Shown: positions 8,701 through 21,931, counted from the stretch's first letter. The stretch: 64,000 nucleotides of DNA from Candidatus Latescibacterota bacterium (GCA_965206595.1 OZ242214.1:160001-224000), one strand, 5' to 3'. A program made the numbers and translations. The notes: generated by a model from the letters alone, not told the origin.

Positions 8701-11700
8701 GCGGGGTGCTGGCGCTGGCTTTGGAGGAGGGGGCGCAGATCCGTGTGAGCTGGCGGGCATCGCAGTATGACGCGGACGGGGGTGAACTGACCGGCCTGCA
8801 GAGGTATGTGATATTCCGCTCGTCGGAGGGGTCTTCGGAGCTGGTGGCGGTGGACACGGTGTCGGCGGGGACGACGGAGTATGTCGACGCGGGTCTGGAA
8901 GCGGCGGTGGTCTACTCCTACGCGCTGATGGCGGTGGACGCTTCGGGTAACGGGAGTGCGCTGACGTCGCCGGTATCGGCGACGACGCGGGGCCTGGCCC
9001 CCCCATCGGGGCTGTCGGCGGTTTCGGGTATCGGCCGCATCACCGTTTCCTGGGCGGGGAGCGGCGAGGCGGACCTGGTCGGGTACAACGTGTATCGTTC
9101 GGAGCGCCCCGACGAGTCGTTCGAGCGGTTGCCTGGGACGGAGGGGACGCCCTTCACGACAGGTCGCACGAGCTACGTGGATACGAGCGTGGCGGTGGGC
9201 CGTCCGTATTACTACAAGGTGCAGTCGGTGGGGCGGACGCACCGTTCGGAGCTGTCGGTGTTCGTGGACGGGGAGGCGCTGGCGGACGAGGTGCCTCCGG
9301 AGTCACCGCGCAACCTGTCGGCGCTGGCGGACGAATCGGAGTTTGGCCGGGTGACGGTGACGTGGAACGCCCCTCTGAGGGATGACGACCGGGGTGAGCT
9401 GACCGGCCTGTCCGGGTATCGGGTGTTCCGGTCTCAGGGAACGACGGACTCGTTCGTGCAGGTGGCGGCGGTGTCCGAGGCTCGGTATGAGGACAGCGGG
9501 TTGGAGGAGTCGACGACGTATTACTACACGGTGTTGGCGGTGGACGGGTCGGGGAACGAGTCGGGGCGTGCGGCGCCGGTGCGGGTGAAGACGCAGGGGG
9601 CCGACGAGGTTTCTCCTGGAGTGCCCCGGAACGTGTCGGCGGTTGCGGAGGGGGGTTTCACGGACCGGATTGCGGTACGCTGGAGCGCGCCGACGACGGA
9701 CGCGGACGGGGGTGAGCTGACGGGGTTGTCGGGGTTCACGGTGTATCGCTCGGAGGGGGTATCGGGTTCGCTGGTGTCGGTGGCGACGGTGGGACCGGAG
9801 GTCCGGGAGTATGTGGACGAAGGGTTGCGGTCGCTGACGGAGTATGGGTATGCGGTGACCGCGTTCGACGGTTCGGGCAACGAGTCGGGTCAGTCCGGGT
9901 TGTCTCGAGCGCGCACGGAGGGGATTGCGATTCCGTCGGGGGTCCGGGCAGAGGACGGTATCGGCCGCATCGAGGTGAGCTGGGCGGCGGTGGAAGACGA
10001 GGAGCTTCTGGGGTACAACGTGTATCGTTCGGAGCGCCCCGACGAGTCGTTCGAGCGGTTGCCTGGGACGGAGGGGACGCCCTTCACGACAGGTCGCACG
10101 AGCTACGTGGATACGAGCGTGGCGGTGGGCCGTCCGTATTACTACAAGGTGCAGTCGGTGGGGCGGACGCACCGTTCGGAGCTGTCGGTGTTCGTGGACG
10201 GGGAGGCGCTGGCGGACGAGGTGCCTCCGGAGTCACCGCGCAACCTGTCGGCGCTGGCGGACGAATCGGAGTTTGGCCGGGTGACGGTGACGTGGAACGC
10301 CCCTCTGAGGGATGACGACCGGGGTGAGCTGACCGGCCTGTCCGGGTATCGGGTGTTCCGGTCTCAGGGAACGACGGACTCGTTCGTGCAGGTGGCGGCG
10401 GTGTCCGAGGCTCGGTATGAGGACAGCGGGTTGGAGGAGTCGACGACGTATTACTACACGGTGTTGGCGGTGGACGGGTCGGGGAACGAGTCGGGGCGTG
10501 CGGCGCCGGTGCGGGTGAAGACGCAGGGGGCCGACGAGGTTTCTCCTGGAGTGCCCCGGAACGTGTCGGCGGTTGCGGAGGGGGGTTTCACGGACCGGAT
10601 TGCGGTACGCTGGAGCGCGCCGACGACGGACGCGGACGGGGGTGAGCTGACGGGGTTGTCGGGGTTCACGGTGTATCGCTCGGAGGGGGTATCGGGTTCG
10701 CTGGTGTCGGTGGCGACGGTGGGACCGGAGGTCCGGGAGTATGTGGACGAGGGCCTTCGGTCGCTGACGGAGTATGGGTATGCGGTGACCGCGTTCGACG
10801 GTTCGGGCAACGAGTCGGGTCAGTCCGGGTTGTCTCGAGCGCGCACGGAGGGGATCGCGATTCCGTCGGGGGTCCGGGCAGAGGACGGTATCGGCCGCAT
10901 CGAGGTGAGCTGGGCGGCGGTGGAAGACGAGGGGTTGATCGGCTACAACGTCTACCGCTCGCGTCGTCCCGACCTGGAGTTCGAGCGACTGGGTTCGGCA
11001 ACGGGGGCGTCGTTCACGACGGCCCGTACGAGCTACGTCGATTCGAATCTGGTTGCCGGGGCGCGCTATTACTACAAGGTGTCGTCGGTGTCGTCGGCAT
11101 TTGAAAGCGAGCTGTCCGGATATGTCGGCGGGGAGTCCCGGTCGGACGCCTCGGCCCCGGAGCCTCCGGGCGGGGTGCTGGCGCTGGCTTTGGAGGAGGG
11201 GGCGCAGATCCGTGTGAGCTGGCGGGCATCGCAGTATGACGCGGACGGGGGTGAACTGACCGGCCTGCAGAGGTATGTGATATTCCGCTCGTCGGAGGGG
11301 TCTTCGGAGCTGGTGGCGGTGGACACGGTGTCGGCGGGGACGACGGAGTATGTCGACGCGGGTCTGGAAGCGGCGGTGGTCTACTCCTACGCGCTGATGG
11401 CGGTGGACGCTTCGGGTAACGGGAGTGCGCTGACGTCGCCGGTATCGGCGACGACGCGGGGCCTGGCCCCCCCATCGGGGCTGTCGGCGGTTTCGGGTAT
11501 CGGCCGCATCACCGTTTCCTGGGCGGGGAGCGGCGAGGCGGACCTGGTCGGGTACAACGTGTATCGTTCGGAGCGCCCCGACGAGTCGTTCGAGCGGTTG
11601 CCTGGGACGGAGGGGACGCCCTTCACGACAGGTCGCACGAGCTACGTGGATACCGGGTTTGTCGGGGGAGAGGTTTTCTTCTATCGCGCAAGTGTCGTCA

Positions 11701-12392
11701 CCTCCCAGGGAGAGAGCGACCTGTCGGAGTTCGACGGAGCCACGGTGGAAACCGACTCGCGGCCCCCCGCGGCCCCGACCTTCCTGTCCGGAGAGGCGGT
11801 CGCGGGAGATCCCGAGGTCATCCTGCTGGAGTGGCGGGCCCCCTTGAGCGACTTCAGCGGTGCCGAGCTCACCGGTCTGTCGGGATACCTGGTGTTCCGT
11901 GCGGATAGCCCCTCCGGGCCGTTCAGGGAAATCGGCAGCTCGGAAACCGCGGAATACCGGGATAGTGGACTCGAACAAAGGACGACCTACTACTACCAGG
12001 TTCAGGCGCTCGACCCGGCCGGCAACGCAAGTGCGCCATCGGAGACCGAGTCCGCGACGACCTCGGGGGTGGACATTCCGAAGAACGTCTCGCTCACCTC
12101 GACAACGCCGTCCGACCTGACGAAGAATCCTGTGGTCACGATCAGGTGGGAGGCGTCGGCAGGGGTCGTCCTTCGATACGAGGTGGAGAGGACGACGGTG
12201 CCGAACAGCACCGACGACGCCGATTACACCGGAATTCCGCCGGCCAGCGGCATCAAGAACGACATCAGGACCAGTCGCGAGGACGATACGGTGGAAAGGG
12301 GACTGACCTATTTCTACCGGGTTCGGGCGGTCGACGCGGAGTCGCGGGAAAGCGATTGGACGACGCCGCTGGCGGTCAAGGTGTCGGAGTGA
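5787..12392 (+). CDS. Giant fibronectin type III repeat lipoprotein (2201 aa)
   Basis: Lipobox LTGTS-C followed by RSNPLDP; about 20 Fn3-like domains (P..L.A...V.VSW...GYNVYRS...Y.D......YYY.V.AVD..GNES). Confidence 0.9.
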   Translation: MIARRTCLAAAVAVALTGTSCDRERSNPLDPQGDFVRKRPTTPAGLAAEPGVGVVRLSWQAVEDLDLAGYALLRSEDAAAVFTFLPGRGSGGATITTGKTSFVDSLHSFAGRTFFYRVAAVDTSGLQSLPSGFVGATVLEDKVAPEPPRSLAAIPDESEPRVTLLWTPPVRDAGGGELSGLAGYAILRGEPESGGTVPVDTVAAETRQYVDEGLKALTSYSYSIVAFDQAGNTSSLSQVVQVTTPGLPVPANLAAQSGPGRIEVSWVAVEDEELLGYNVYRSERPDESFERLPGTEGTPFTTGRTSYVDTSVAVGRPYYYKVQSVGRTHRSELSVFVDGEALADEVPPESPRNLSALADESEFGRVTVTWNAPLRDDDRGELTGLSGYRVFRSQGTTDSFVQVAAVSEARYEDSGLEESTTYYYTVLAVDGSGNESGRAAPVRVKTQGADEVSPGVPRNVSAVAEGGFTDRIAVRWSAPTTDADGGELTGLSGFTVYRSEGVSGSLVSVATVGPEVREYVDEGLRSLTEYGYAVTAFDGSGNESGQSGLSRARTEGIAIPSGVRAEDGIGRIEVSWAAVEDEELLGYNVYRSERPDESFERLPGTEGTPFTTGRTSYVDTSVAVGRPYYYKVQSVGRTHRSELSVFVDGEALADEVPPESPRNLSALADESEFGRVTVTWNAPLRDDDRGELTGLSGYRVFRSQGTTDSFVQVAAVSEARYEDSGLEESTTYYYTVLAVDGSGNESGRAAPVRVKTQGADEVSPGVPRNVSAVAEGGFTDRIAVRWSAPTTDADGGELTGLSGFTVYRSEGVSGSLVSVATVGPEVREYVDEGLRSLTEYGYAVTAFDGSGNESGQSGLSRARTEGIAIPSGVRAEDGIGRIEVSWAAVEDEGLIGYNVYRSRRPDLEFERLGSATGASFTTARTSYVDSNLVAGARYYYKVSSVSSAFESELSGYVGGESRSDASAPEPPGGVLALALEEGAQIRVSWRASQYDADGGELTGLQRYVIFRSSEGSSELVAVDTVSAGTTEYVDAGLEAAVVYSYALMAVDASGNGSALTSPVSATTRGLAPPSGLSAVSGIGRITVSWAGSGEADLVGYNVYRSERPDESFERLPGTEGTPFTTGRTSYVDTSVAVGRPYYYKVQSVGRTHRSELSVFVDGEALADEVPPESPRNLSALADESEFGRVTVTWNAPLRDDDRGELTGLSGYRVFRSQGTTDSFVQVAAVSEARYEDSGLEESTTYYYTVLAVDGSGNESGRAAPVRVKTQGADEVSPGVPRNVSAVAEGGFTDRIAVRWSAPTTDADGGELTGLSGFTVYRSEGVSGSLVSVATVGPEVREYVDEGLRSLTEYGYAVTAFDGSGNESGQSGLSRARTEGIAIPSGVRAEDGIGRIEVSWAAVEDEELLGYNVYRSERPDESFERLPGTEGTPFTTGRTSYVDTSVAVGRPYYYKVQSVGRTHRSELSVFVDGEALADEVPPESPRNLSALADESEFGRVTVTWNAPLRDDDRGELTGLSGYRVFRSQGTTDSFVQVAAVSEARYEDSGLEESTTYYYTVLAVDGSGNESGRAAPVRVKTQGADEVSPGVPRNVSAVAEGGFTDRIAVRWSAPTTDADGGELTGLSGFTVYRSEGVSGSLVSVATVGPEVREYVDEGLRSLTEYGYAVTAFDGSGNESGQSGLSRARTEGIAIPSGVRAEDGIGRIEVSWAAVEDEGLIGYNVYRSRRPDLEFERLGSATGASFTTARTSYVDSNLVAGARYYYKVSSVSSAFESELSGYVGGESRSDASAPEPPGGVLALALEEGAQIRVSWRASQYDADGGELTGLQRYVIFRSSEGSSELVAVDTVSAGTTEYVDAGLEAAVVYSYALMAVDASGNGSALTSPVSATTRGLAPPSGLSAVSGIGRITVSWAGSGEADLVGYNVYRSERPDESFERLPGTEGTPFTTGRTSYVDTGFVGGEVFFYRASVVTSQGESDLSEFDGATVETDSRPPAAPTFLSGEAVAGDPEVILLEWRAPLSDFSGAELTGLSGYLVFRADSPSGPFREIGSSETAEYRDSGLEQRTTYYYQVQALDPAGNASAPSETESATTSGVDIPKNVSLTSTTPSDLTKNPVVTIRWEASAGVVLRYEVERTTVPNSTDDADYTGIPPASGIKNDIRTSREDDTVERGLTYFYRVRAVDAESRESDWTTPLAVKVSE
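6564..8463 (+). repeat. Intragenic tandem repeat, period 930 bp (three Fn3 domains)
   Basis: 6564 onward recurs at 7494 and 8424 with only a few substitutions; the same periodicity recurs at 9081-10932. Confidence 0.95.
6612..11653 (+). repeat. Higher-order tandem repeat, period 2469 bp (930+930+609)
   Basis: GGGTACAACGTG... at 6612, 9081 and 11550; identity ends at 11653; shadow ORFs in the track recur with a 2469 offset. Confidence 0.95.
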
Positions 12393-12605
12393 GTTAAGCC
12401 TGCGACAGTCCGTGGCGATCCTGGAACAGAGGGAAAGGATCGAGCCCGGCTTTCGCGGGCGTCCCGGCAACTGAGGCGGGGCCCCGGCGATGCGGTCGAA
12501 ATTTACATCCGCCGCCGGGACGGCAGCCGTTCTCCGTCGAACGGGGATTTTACCGGCCTCAAGGTTTCGCCGCCGCAGTGCCCGATTGATCCCGGTTAAT
12601 CAGGA

Positions 12606-14034
12606 ATGAGTGAAATCAGTGGAGGCGGGACATCTCCGGACGAACTGGCGGCAGCCGTCGGCCAGTGGTTCCGCGACACCACCGGGGAGGCCGGCGCCGG
12701 GACCGTGGTGGCGGTGTCGGGGGGACTGGACTCCATGGTGCTTCTCGATCTCCTCGCCCGCGACCGGCAGCTTTGCCCGCGACTGCACGTCGCTCATTTC
12801 GACCATCAGCTGCGGCCCGAGTCAGGGGCCGACGCTGTTTTCGTCGCGCAGGAAGGGGCCCGGCGCAGGCTGCCTGTGACCACGGCAGCGGGGGACGTGA
12901 GAAGGCTCGCCGCAGGTGCGCGAATCTCCCTCGAAATGGCTGCACGCGAGCTGCGCTTCGAGTTTCTGCACCGCGTCATGACGGAGGCGGGGTGTGAGTT
13001 CATCGCTCTGGGACACCACGCGGACGATCAGGCGGAAACCGTCATCATGCGTCTGCTGCGCGGCAGCGCTTCGGGTCTGGGCGGCATGGCGCCGGTTCGC
13101 GGCAAGCGCTATCTGCGACCTCTGCTGGCCTACACCCGCGACACTCTCGCCGAGTACGCCGCGAGTCGGGATGTCGCCTACCGCGACGACGCCAGCAACC
13201 GCGATCCGAAGTTCCTGCGCAACAGGGTGCGCCGCGAGTTGCTTCCTCGACTGCGCTCGTTCAACCCGCAAATCGTCCGTACCCTCACGCGTTCCGCGGA
13301 GCTGCTTCGCGACGAGGACGACTGGCTTTCCCAGGAGGCTTCAGCCGCGGCCGCGGCGGCTGTCACCCGCGCCGACTCCACCCGTATCGTCCTTGCTGCC
13401 CCCACCCTCGCCAACTATCATATAGCTATACAGCGCAGGGTGTTACGGCATTCGTTGCGGGCTATTACGCCACCTCGCGCCGAGGCCGGTCGCGCGGCGA
13501 TCGACGCCCTCGTCGATCTGGCGCACGGGCCGGTCGCGGGAATCGTCGATCTCGGTTCGGGGATGCGGGCACAGCGCCGCGGCGACAGTCTGGTGCTGAG
13601 CGCGGGAGCGGCGGTTCCGGTGGACCGCTCGTTCGAAGTTCCCGCAGTGGTATTCCTTCCCGAGCGCTCGCTTGAGTTCCACTCGCGCTTCCTTCCGGGC
13701 AGATCATTCGCGGAACTGGCGCCGCGCCTGGGATCCTGGGAAGCGGTTTTCGACGCCGACTCGCTGGGGCCCGAGCCGTTGCGCCTGCGCGGAATGGAGG
13801 AGGGAGACAGGATGCATCCGTTCGGACTCGAGGGACGCCACAAGAAGGTCAGGGACCTCCTGGCAGAGGCTGGTTACCCCCGCCTGCTGCGCGACGAATC
13901 GCTGCTGCTGACCCATGGCCGCGAGATTCTATGGGTCGCCGGCTTGCGCACCGGTCACGGCCATCGCGTCACCTCGGCGACCAGGCATATCCTGCACTGC
14001 GAGTTCAAGCCCTCCGACACAGCGAGCCAGCGAA

Positions 14035-14042
<8 letters not shown>
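12606..14042 (+). CDS. tilS: tRNA(Ile)-lysidine synthase
   Basis: AVSGGLDS PP-loop, HFDHQLR, GHHADDQAET, RPLL, RNRVR, C-terminal TilS domain; upstream of ftsH. Confidence 0.95.
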
Positions 14043-16061
<2,019 letters not shown>

Positions 16062-16065
<4 letters not shown>

Positions 16066-16952
16066 TCTGGAGTTTGCGGGGTGAGGACCGCAGTGTCGAT
16101 TTCCGCTCCCGCGTCCGGATCATGGGCATCCTCAACGTCACCCCCGATTCCTTTTACGACGGTGGATGCTACGACGAGGTCGGGCGCGCCGTGGACCGGG
16201 CGTTGCAACTGGAAGCGGAAGGGGCCGACATCATCGATATCGGCGGGGAGTCCTCGCGCCCACCGATGTACGGAGCCGCCGCGGCCGTGAGCGCAGCCGC
16301 GGAGTGCCGCCGGGTGGTTCCTGTAATCGAGGGAATCCGGACGCGGTCCCAGGTTCCCATTTCGGTCGACACGACCAAGGCCGAGGTTGCCCGCGAGGCG
16401 CTTTCCTCGGGTGCCGACATAGTCAACGATATCAGCGCCCTCGGTGACCCGGAAATGGCCTCCGTCGCCGCCGAAGCCGCAGCGCCGATGATTCTGATGC
16501 ACCGCCGCGGCACTCCGGCAACCATGCAGCTCGACACCCGCTACGACGACCTGCTGGGTGAAATTGCCGGTTTCCTTCGCTCTCGAATCGACGCGGCCAC
16601 CGCTGCCGGCGTAGAGCGCCGGCACCTGGGGGTCGACCCCGGTCTGGGGTTCGGCAAATCGATCGGCAGTAATCTGACCCTGATCGCCGAGCTGTCCCGC
16701 TTCCGCAGCTTCGGCTGTCCCGTCGTCGTCGGCCTCTCCCGCAAGTCCTTTCTGTGGAAGCCACTCGGACTCTCGGCCGGGGACTGCCTCGAGCCGAGCC
16801 TGGCGGCCGCGGCCCTTGCCGTTGCCCGCGGCGCAAACGCGGTGCGCGTCCACGACGTCGCCGCGTCCTTCAGGGCGGTGCGCACCGCCGAGGCGGTCGA
16901 GCGTGCCTCTCGACCGGGGGCGCCGTCGTCGCCGGGGTACGCGCAACAGTGA
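16062..16952 (+). CDS. folP: Dihydropteroate synthase
   Basis: MGILNVTPDSFYDGG, IGGESSRP, VDPGLGFGK, SRKSF, VRVHDV; ATGA overlap with ftsH. Confidence 0.96.
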
Positions 16953-17770
16953 TCGCTGACGAACTCATCCTCTTCAAGCTGTTCGGGTTTTTGCCGGTTT
17001 CTGTGTTCTCCATCGCCGACATCGCCATCGTTGCCTTCATCTTCTACCGCCTCCTGAATCTGATCCGCGGCACCCCTGCGGCGCAGATGCTGGTCGGGTT
17101 GTTCCTGCTGGTGACCATCGCCCTCGCCGCCCACTGGCAGGAGCTGACGGCGACCTCATACCTCTTGGAGCAGGTGCAGTCGATCCTCATCATCCTGCTG
17201 GTCATCGTATTTCAGCCCGAGCTGCGCCGCATGCTGCTAGTTCTCGGTCAGAGCCCACTGCTGAGGTGGTTCTACAAAACGGAGCCGTCTCGCGTGATCG
17301 ACGAAATCGCTAGCGGCGCCGAGCAGCTTGCTTCGAACGGATATGGAGCCCTGATCGTCATCGGCAGGGAGGCGGGCCTGCAATCGGTTATCGAATCTGG
17401 CGTGCCGCTGGATGCGAAGGTATCGGCGGACCTGCTGACCACGATTTTCACTCCCCGCTCACCCCTCCACGACCAGGCGGTGGTGGTGCTGGGAGAAACG
17501 CTGGTAGCTGCCCGCTGTACTCTTCCGCTCGCAGACAAGGTGGCGGACCAGAGGCTCGGGACCCGGCACCGGGCCGCCCTCGGCCTTTCCCAGGAGACGG
17601 ATGCGATCACCGTGGTGGTCTCCGAGGAATCCCGGGCCATCTCGCTGACCGCCGGAGGTGGTTTGTACCGAGGCCTGGACGCGAGAGAGCTCAGGCGCCG
17701 TCTGACCGAGCTGATGTCCACCTGGGGACAATCCTCCGTCCAGCCGGAAGAGCTGGCGATCGAGCCCTGA
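16949..17770 (+). CDS. cdaA: Membrane diadenylate cyclase CdaA/DacA
   Basis: Three N-terminal TMs, FQPELRR, SPLHD(Q)A, GTRHRAALG, VVVSEE; typical position after folP. Confidence 0.9.
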   Translation: MIADELILFKLFGFLPVSVFSIADIAIVAFIFYRLLNLIRGTPAAQMLVGLFLLVTIALAAHWQELTATSYLLEQVQSILIILLVIVFQPELRRMLLVLGQSPLLRWFYKTEPSRVIDEIASGAEQLASNGYGALIVIGREAGLQSVIESGVPLDAKVSADLLTTIFTPRSPLHDQAVVVLGETLVAARCTLPLADKVADQRLGTRHRAALGLSQETDAITVVVSEESRAISLTAGGGLYRGLDARELRRRLTELMSTWGQSSVQPEELAIEP

Positions 17771-17807
17771 TCCCCCCCCCTGGCCGTCCGGTTCCCCCAG
17801 CCCCGGA

Positions 17808-17871
17808 TTGACAGCCTCAGGGGCAGGAATAGGTTATAATCTTTATTCATCGTTTTGAATAATTATTGACC
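17808..17871 (+). promoter_or_regulatory. arg operon promoter with two tandem ARG boxes
   Basis: TTGACA at 17808; cores ATAAT-CTTT-ATTCA (17836-17849) and TGAAT-AATT-ATTGA (17856-17869) match TGAAT-N4-ATTCA; AT-rich island directly before argR. Confidence 0.75.
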
Positions 17872-17914
17872 GACGCATGAGCGGTCACGGACGGTTGGAC
17901 TCTTCTTAAGGACC

Positions 17915-18400
17915 ATGAAGGCCAAGGAACTGCGGCAGGCCAGGATCAGGGAACTGCTGGAGCGGGACCTGATCGACACGCACGAAAAAATGGCGCGCGC
18001 CCTTGCCGGGGTGTCGATCGAGGTGAGCCAGTCGACCCTGTCGAAGGACCTGCGCGAGCTGGGGGTAGTTCGCGTGCCTCGGCCCGAGGGCGGGTTCCGC
18101 TACGCCTTGCCGGAGGCAGGGGTCACGCTTCGCGATCGCCGGATCCTCGAAAGGGAGCTGGGCGACTACCTGCTCGGGGTGGACCGGGCCGAAAACATGG
18201 TCGTCATCAAGACCGTATCCGGGCACGCTCAGTCTGTTTGCGAAGCGATCGATCGCATGGGCTGGGAGGAAATAATGGGCACCCTGGCGGGAGAGAACAC
18301 GATCTTCGCCCTGGCGCGCACGGCCGAGGATGGTTGCCGGATCGCCGGCCGGCTGGAGCGCACCGGCCCGGCCGCGGAAAGCCGCGGGGATGAGCCGTGA
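17915..18400 (+). CDS. argR: Arginine repressor
   Basis: RQARIRELL, VSQSTLSKDLRELG, VIKTVSGHA, GTLAGENTIF. Confidence 0.93.
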   Translation: MKAKELRQARIRELLERDLIDTHEKMARALAGVSIEVSQSTLSKDLRELGVVRVPRPEGGFRYALPEAGVTLRDRRILERELGDYLLGVDRAENMVVIKTVSGHAQSVCEAIDRMGWEEIMGTLAGENTIFALARTAEDGCRIAGRLERTGPAAESRGDEP

Positions 18401-19281
18401 CAAGCCTGCAGACCTATATCGACAAGGCGGCCATTCTCGTCGAGGCCCTGCCCTACATCCAGGAGTTTCGCGGCAAGACCGTGGTGGTCAAGTACGGGGG
18501 AAGCATCGGCACCGGTGCGCCGGGGGAGGACAGGATCCTCAAAGATATCGTGTTCATGGAGCACGTCGGCATCAACCCGGTGGTCGTGCACGGAGGAGGC
18601 CCGGCGATAGACCGGCGGCTCAGGGAGCTGAATATCAAGACGCGCCGCGTCAACGGATTGAGGATCACCGACGCCGAGACGATGAAGGTCGTGGAGGAGA
18701 CCCTGTTCGGGGTGGTCAACGCAGCCATCGTCGGACAGCTCGAACGCCTCGGGGGGCGGGCGGCCGGCGTTTCCGCCAAGGAGGCCGGCATCATGCACGT
18801 CAGCAGGCACACCCCCCGGGACGGAAACGGAGCCGCGCTCGACATCGGCTACGTCGGCGAGGTCGAGCGCATGGATCCTGCCCCGATCGAGGAGTTGATC
18901 GCCGATGGCATGATTCCGGTGGTGGCGCCGATCGGCAGGGGGGCGGAAGGGGAATCGTACAACGTCAACGCCGATACCGCAGCCGGGGAGATCGCCGCGG
19001 TGCTGCGAGCGGAGAAGCTGGTTTTTCTCACCGACGTCATGGGGATCATGCGCAACCCGGCCGACGCTTCCACCCTGATGTCGACGGTGCGCGTAGACGA
19101 GGTCGAGGGACTGATTTCCTCCGGGGTCATCGCCGGGGGCATGATCCCCAAGGTTCGCGCCTGCGTTCACTCGGTGCGCGCAGGGGTGCGCAAGACTCAC
19201 GTCGTGGAGGGGCGTATTCCGCACTCCATGCTACTCGAGGTTTTCACCGACGAAGGAATAGGCACCCAGATCCTGCAGTAG
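18397..19281 (+). CDS. argB: Acetylglutamate kinase
   Basis: EALPYI, VVKYGG, VHGGGP, GLRITD, NVNAD, GGMIPKV. Confidence 0.96.
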   Translation: MTSLQTYIDKAAILVEALPYIQEFRGKTVVVKYGGSIGTGAPGEDRILKDIVFMEHVGINPVVVHGGGPAIDRRLRELNIKTRRVNGLRITDAETMKVVEETLFGVVNAAIVGQLERLGGRAAGVSAKEAGIMHVSRHTPRDGNGAALDIGYVGEVERMDPAPIEELIADGMIPVVAPIGRGAEGESYNVNADTAAGEIAAVLRAEKLVFLTDVMGIMRNPADASTLMSTVRVDEVEGLISSGVIAGGMIPKVRACVHSVRAGVRKTHVVEGRIPHSMLLEVFTDEGIGTQILQ

Positions 19282-19315
19282 GAAAATCAAACCGCAATCA
19301 CCGGGAGCAGACGAC

Positions 19316-20512
19316 ATGAGGACCGACAAGGTAGTAGAGGGAGAAAAACGGTACATCCTGCAAACCTACGGGCGGCCCGACTTCGTCCTCGAAAGAGGCA
19401 ACGGGGTTTACCTGTTCGACCTCGACGGCAACCGCTACCTCGACTTTGTCAGCGGGCTGGCCGTCAACGCGCTCGGCTACGGCGACTACGACGTGCTGAA
19501 AGCGATCGATGAGCAGGCCGCCCTGCTGATCCACTGCTCCAACCTGTATCACACCGTCCCTTCGACGGGGCTCGCGAAGGTCCTGGTCGAAAGCTCGTTC
19601 GCGGACCGCGCCTTTTTCTGCAACAGCGGGACCGAGGCTTGGGAAGCGTCGCTGAAGTTCTGCCGCAAGTGGGGAAACACGCGGCCTGGAAAGCCGCGAA
19701 ACAGGTTGATCGCCTTCAACAATTCCTTCCACGGCCGCACCTACGGCTCGCTTTCGACGACGGGACAACCGAAGTACCACAAGGGGTTCGAGCCGATGCT
19801 TCCCGGCATCGATTTCGCCCATTTCAACGACCTTTCGTCGGTCGAGAAGCTGGCCACCGACGAGACCGCCGCGGTTCTCGTGGAGCCGCTGCAGGCGGAG
19901 GGGGGGATCCACGTGGCCTCGAACGAGTTCCTGAGCGGCCTGCGACAGCTGTGCGACGAGCGCGGGATGCTCCTCGTGTTCGACGAGATTCAGGTCGGAA
20001 TGGGCCGCACCGGGTCGCTGTGGGCATACCAGCAGTACGGGGTGGAGCCCGATATCATGACCCTTGCCAAGGCGCTCGGGGGCGGCCTGCCGATCGGCGT
20101 CTCGCTGCTGCGGCAGAAGGTCGCCGACGCCATCGAACCGGGTGACCACGCCGCGACCTTCGGGGCCAACCCGGTCGCCTGCGCTGCGGCGCTGAAGGTC
20201 ATGGAGAAGATGATGGCCGAGGGGTTCTTGGATGGGGTGCGGGAAAAGGGGGAGCAACTGCGAGCCGGCCTGGAGAAGCTGCACCAGCGCTGGCCGGACC
20301 GGATCGGCGAGGTCAGGGGGCGGGGCCTGATCCAGGGAGCGTTGGTCACCGCCAAGCCGGCAGCCGACTACCTGGCCGCCTTCCGGAAACGCAACATCCT
20401 CGTCGCTCCCTGCGGCACCGACATAGTACGCTTCCTGCCTCCCCTGGTCATCGACAAGGAGCAGATCGACGAGGCCGTCGACGTTTTCGACGAGGTCCTG
20501 AGGCAGGAATAG
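19316..20512 (+). CDS. argD: Acetylornithine aminotransferase
   Basis: Class III PLP motifs NSGTEA, FHGRT, DEIQVGMGRTG, LAKALGGG; arg operon context. Confidence 0.92.
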   Translation: MRTDKVVEGEKRYILQTYGRPDFVLERGNGVYLFDLDGNRYLDFVSGLAVNALGYGDYDVLKAIDEQAALLIHCSNLYHTVPSTGLAKVLVESSFADRAFFCNSGTEAWEASLKFCRKWGNTRPGKPRNRLIAFNNSFHGRTYGSLSTTGQPKYHKGFEPMLPGIDFAHFNDLSSVEKLATDETAAVLVEPLQAEGGIHVASNEFLSGLRQLCDERGMLLVFDEIQVGMGRTGSLWAYQQYGVEPDIMTLAKALGGGLPIGVSLLRQKVADAIEPGDHAATFGANPVACAAALKVMEKMMAEGFLDGVREKGEQLRAGLEKLHQRWPDRIGEVRGRGLIQGALVTAKPAADYLAAFRKRNILVAPCGTDIVRFLPPLVIDKEQIDEAVDVFDEVLRQE

Positions 20513-20526
20513 AGCCGGTTTCCGAG

Positions 20527-21924
<1,398 letters not shown>

Positions 21925-21931
21925 GCGCGGC

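Noticed and set aside
6564-11653. Long repeats as CRISPR array or mobile element
   Set aside because: Units are 930/2469 bp, in frame within one ORF, with no spacers, cas genes or terminal repeats
5727-12470. Long Arg/Pro/His-rich minus-strand ORFs (e.g. 10233-12470)
   Set aside because: Antisense shadows of the G-rich Fn3 gene; no recognisable domains
12393-12605. Riboswitch upstream of tilS
   Set aside because: Only short GC hairpins; no conserved riboswitch core recognised
17772-17780. C9 homopolymer as phase-variation tract
   Set aside because: Intergenic, after the cdaA stop and upstream of the -35, so length change has no obvious effect
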